A DNA stretch of 64,000 nt from an uncultured Rivularia sp. (GTDB taxonomy: Bacteria > Cyanobacteriota > Cyanobacteriia > Cyanobacteriales > Nostocaceae): contig OY762007.1 of NCBI GenBank assembly GCA_963665115.1, positions 512,001-576,000 of the forward strand. The letters are read 5' to 3'. Each line of letters starts with the position of its first letter. Position 1 is the first letter of the stretch. The translations under genes and the position numbers were made by a program. Under the pieces are notes generated by a model. It was not told the DNA's origin. It searched no databases and was given only the letters and a program-made list of their open reading frames with translations. Below, piece by piece: positions 63,114 to 64,000 of this stretch.

Positions 63114-63419
63114 ATGGCTATTGCATCATTAGAATTAGATAACTTAAATTTGTTCGATTTAAACGACGAAGAATCAGCAGCAGTAAATGGAGGAGTGGCT
63201 ATTGGTGTTGCTACTGCGCTTGGTACTACTACTGCAATCGCTGTGCAGGGTTTATTAGACCCAAACTCAACTTCGAGAGATATACTCAGAAGGCAACTTG
63301 ATTCCATTGGTAGCATTGCTCTTAATAATGGGTTACAGTTTGTAGTTCCTATAATTCTCGGTGCTAGTGCCATTGTACCAGGTGCTTTAACTCTTGCTTC
63401 TTTAGGAAAATCAAAGTAA
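63114..63419 (+). CDS. Double-glycine-leader peptide precursor (bacteriocin-like)
   Basis: Leader ...LFDLNDEESAAVNGG followed by a hydrophobic Gly/Ala-rich core; AAGGA RBS. Confidence 0.8.
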   Translation: MAIASLELDNLNLFDLNDEESAAVNGGVAIGVATALGTTTAIAVQGLLDPNSTSRDILRRQLDSIGSIALNNGLQFVVPIILGASAIVPGALTLASLGKSK

Positions 63420-63495
63420 TAAAATATTCTGCTTTATCAAGCGTGGCTGTTATTAAATCCTTCGGAATATAGCGCCCTTTGATGCATTTTCCCAA

Positions 63496-63540
63496 AGCAG
63501 ACTTCGGAGATTTAATCCTTCCGAAGTCTGCTATCTTTTG
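63496..63540 (+). terminator. Strong hairpin, probable terminator
   Basis: AGCAGACTTCGGA...TCCGAAGTCTGCT then ATCTTTT. Confidence 0.6.
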
Positions 63541-63568
63541 CCCGTAAACAGTTTACTTGATTAATCAT

Positions 63569-64000
63569 ATGGCTGGAAAAGTAACAAGTCATGGCGATCG
63601 CGCAATGCGTTCAGATATAGCCCGAGAACTTTTTGAGGTAGATGGAACAGGGATAAAGATTGGCGTTATCTCTGGAAGCTTTAATGCATTAAATGGTTTA
63701 GATGCTGATGTAATAAGTGGTGATTTACCAGGAGAAAACAATCCTGATGGAAAAACTGTTCCTGTAAGTATTCTCAAAGACCTTAATAATACTTCTCCTT
63801 TGAGCAGTGATGAAGGGAGAGCATTAGCACAGATTATTCACGACATTGCTCCAGGAGCAGAAATCTATTTTCATTCAGTTGTTGAAAATGAGGGAGAAAA
63901 TTCTATTGAAATAAATGAAGAAGGCTTCACTAATGCAGTTTCATCTTTAATAGCAGAAGAGGTAGATATTATTATTGAGGATTCTGTTATACCTGCCCCT
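63569..64000 (+). CDS. Subtilase (S8)-like protein, N-terminal part, runs off the window
   Basis: Manual translation MAGKVTSHGDRAMRSDIARELFEVDGTGIKIGVISGSF...GDLP...DEGRALAQIIHDIAPGA. Confidence 0.75.
   Translation, partial: MAGKVTSHGDRAMRSDIARELFEVDGTGIKIGVISGSFNALNGLDADVISGDLPGENNPDGKTVPVSILKDLNNTSPLSSDEGRALAQIIHDIAPGAEIYFHSVVENEGENSIEINEEGFTNAVSSLIAEEVDIIIEDSVIPAP

Noticed and set aside
109..63777. Numerous 60-130 aa ORFs antisense to or overlapping long genes (e.g. 1210..1458, 13034..13375, 17381..17767, 29332..29664, 37735..38097, 63089..63373)
   Set aside because: Shadow ORFs of well-supported genes with no independent coding evidence

Overview
AT-rich chromosomal DNA from a cyanobacterium, probably a heterocyst-forming Nostocales strain. 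Support: many HIP1 GCGATCGC sites, heptamer STRR tracts, psb28, ndhP and an XisA-like recombinase. Housekeeping genes (rarA, ispE, rsmA, secA, Nif3, yjbQ, TrmH/TrmJ, psb28) are interspersed with two IS200/IS605 elements, MITE/REP-like repeats, a VapBC-type pair, a parA cassette and a C39-ABC/HlyD peptide-export locus. The main feature is a ~21 kb biosynthetic cluster (30.7-51.2 kb). It encodes a ScoE-like Fe(II)/2OG dioxygenase, an FcoT/ScoD-like thioesterase, a free ACP and an acyl ligase, which is the actinobacterial isonitrile-lipopeptide toolkit. These are joined to an NRPS line C-A(Orn/Lys)-T / Cy-A(Cys)[Ox]-T / Cy-A(Cys)-T-TE, an AMIN-TonB receptor, an FptX/RhtX-like importer and an MFS exporter. 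The inferred product is an isonitrile-thiazole-thiazoline metallophore; I know of no such system described from cyanobacteria. Four single-base frameshifts (three in the cluster) look like sequencing indels. All family assignments come from recalled motifs; no database searches were run.
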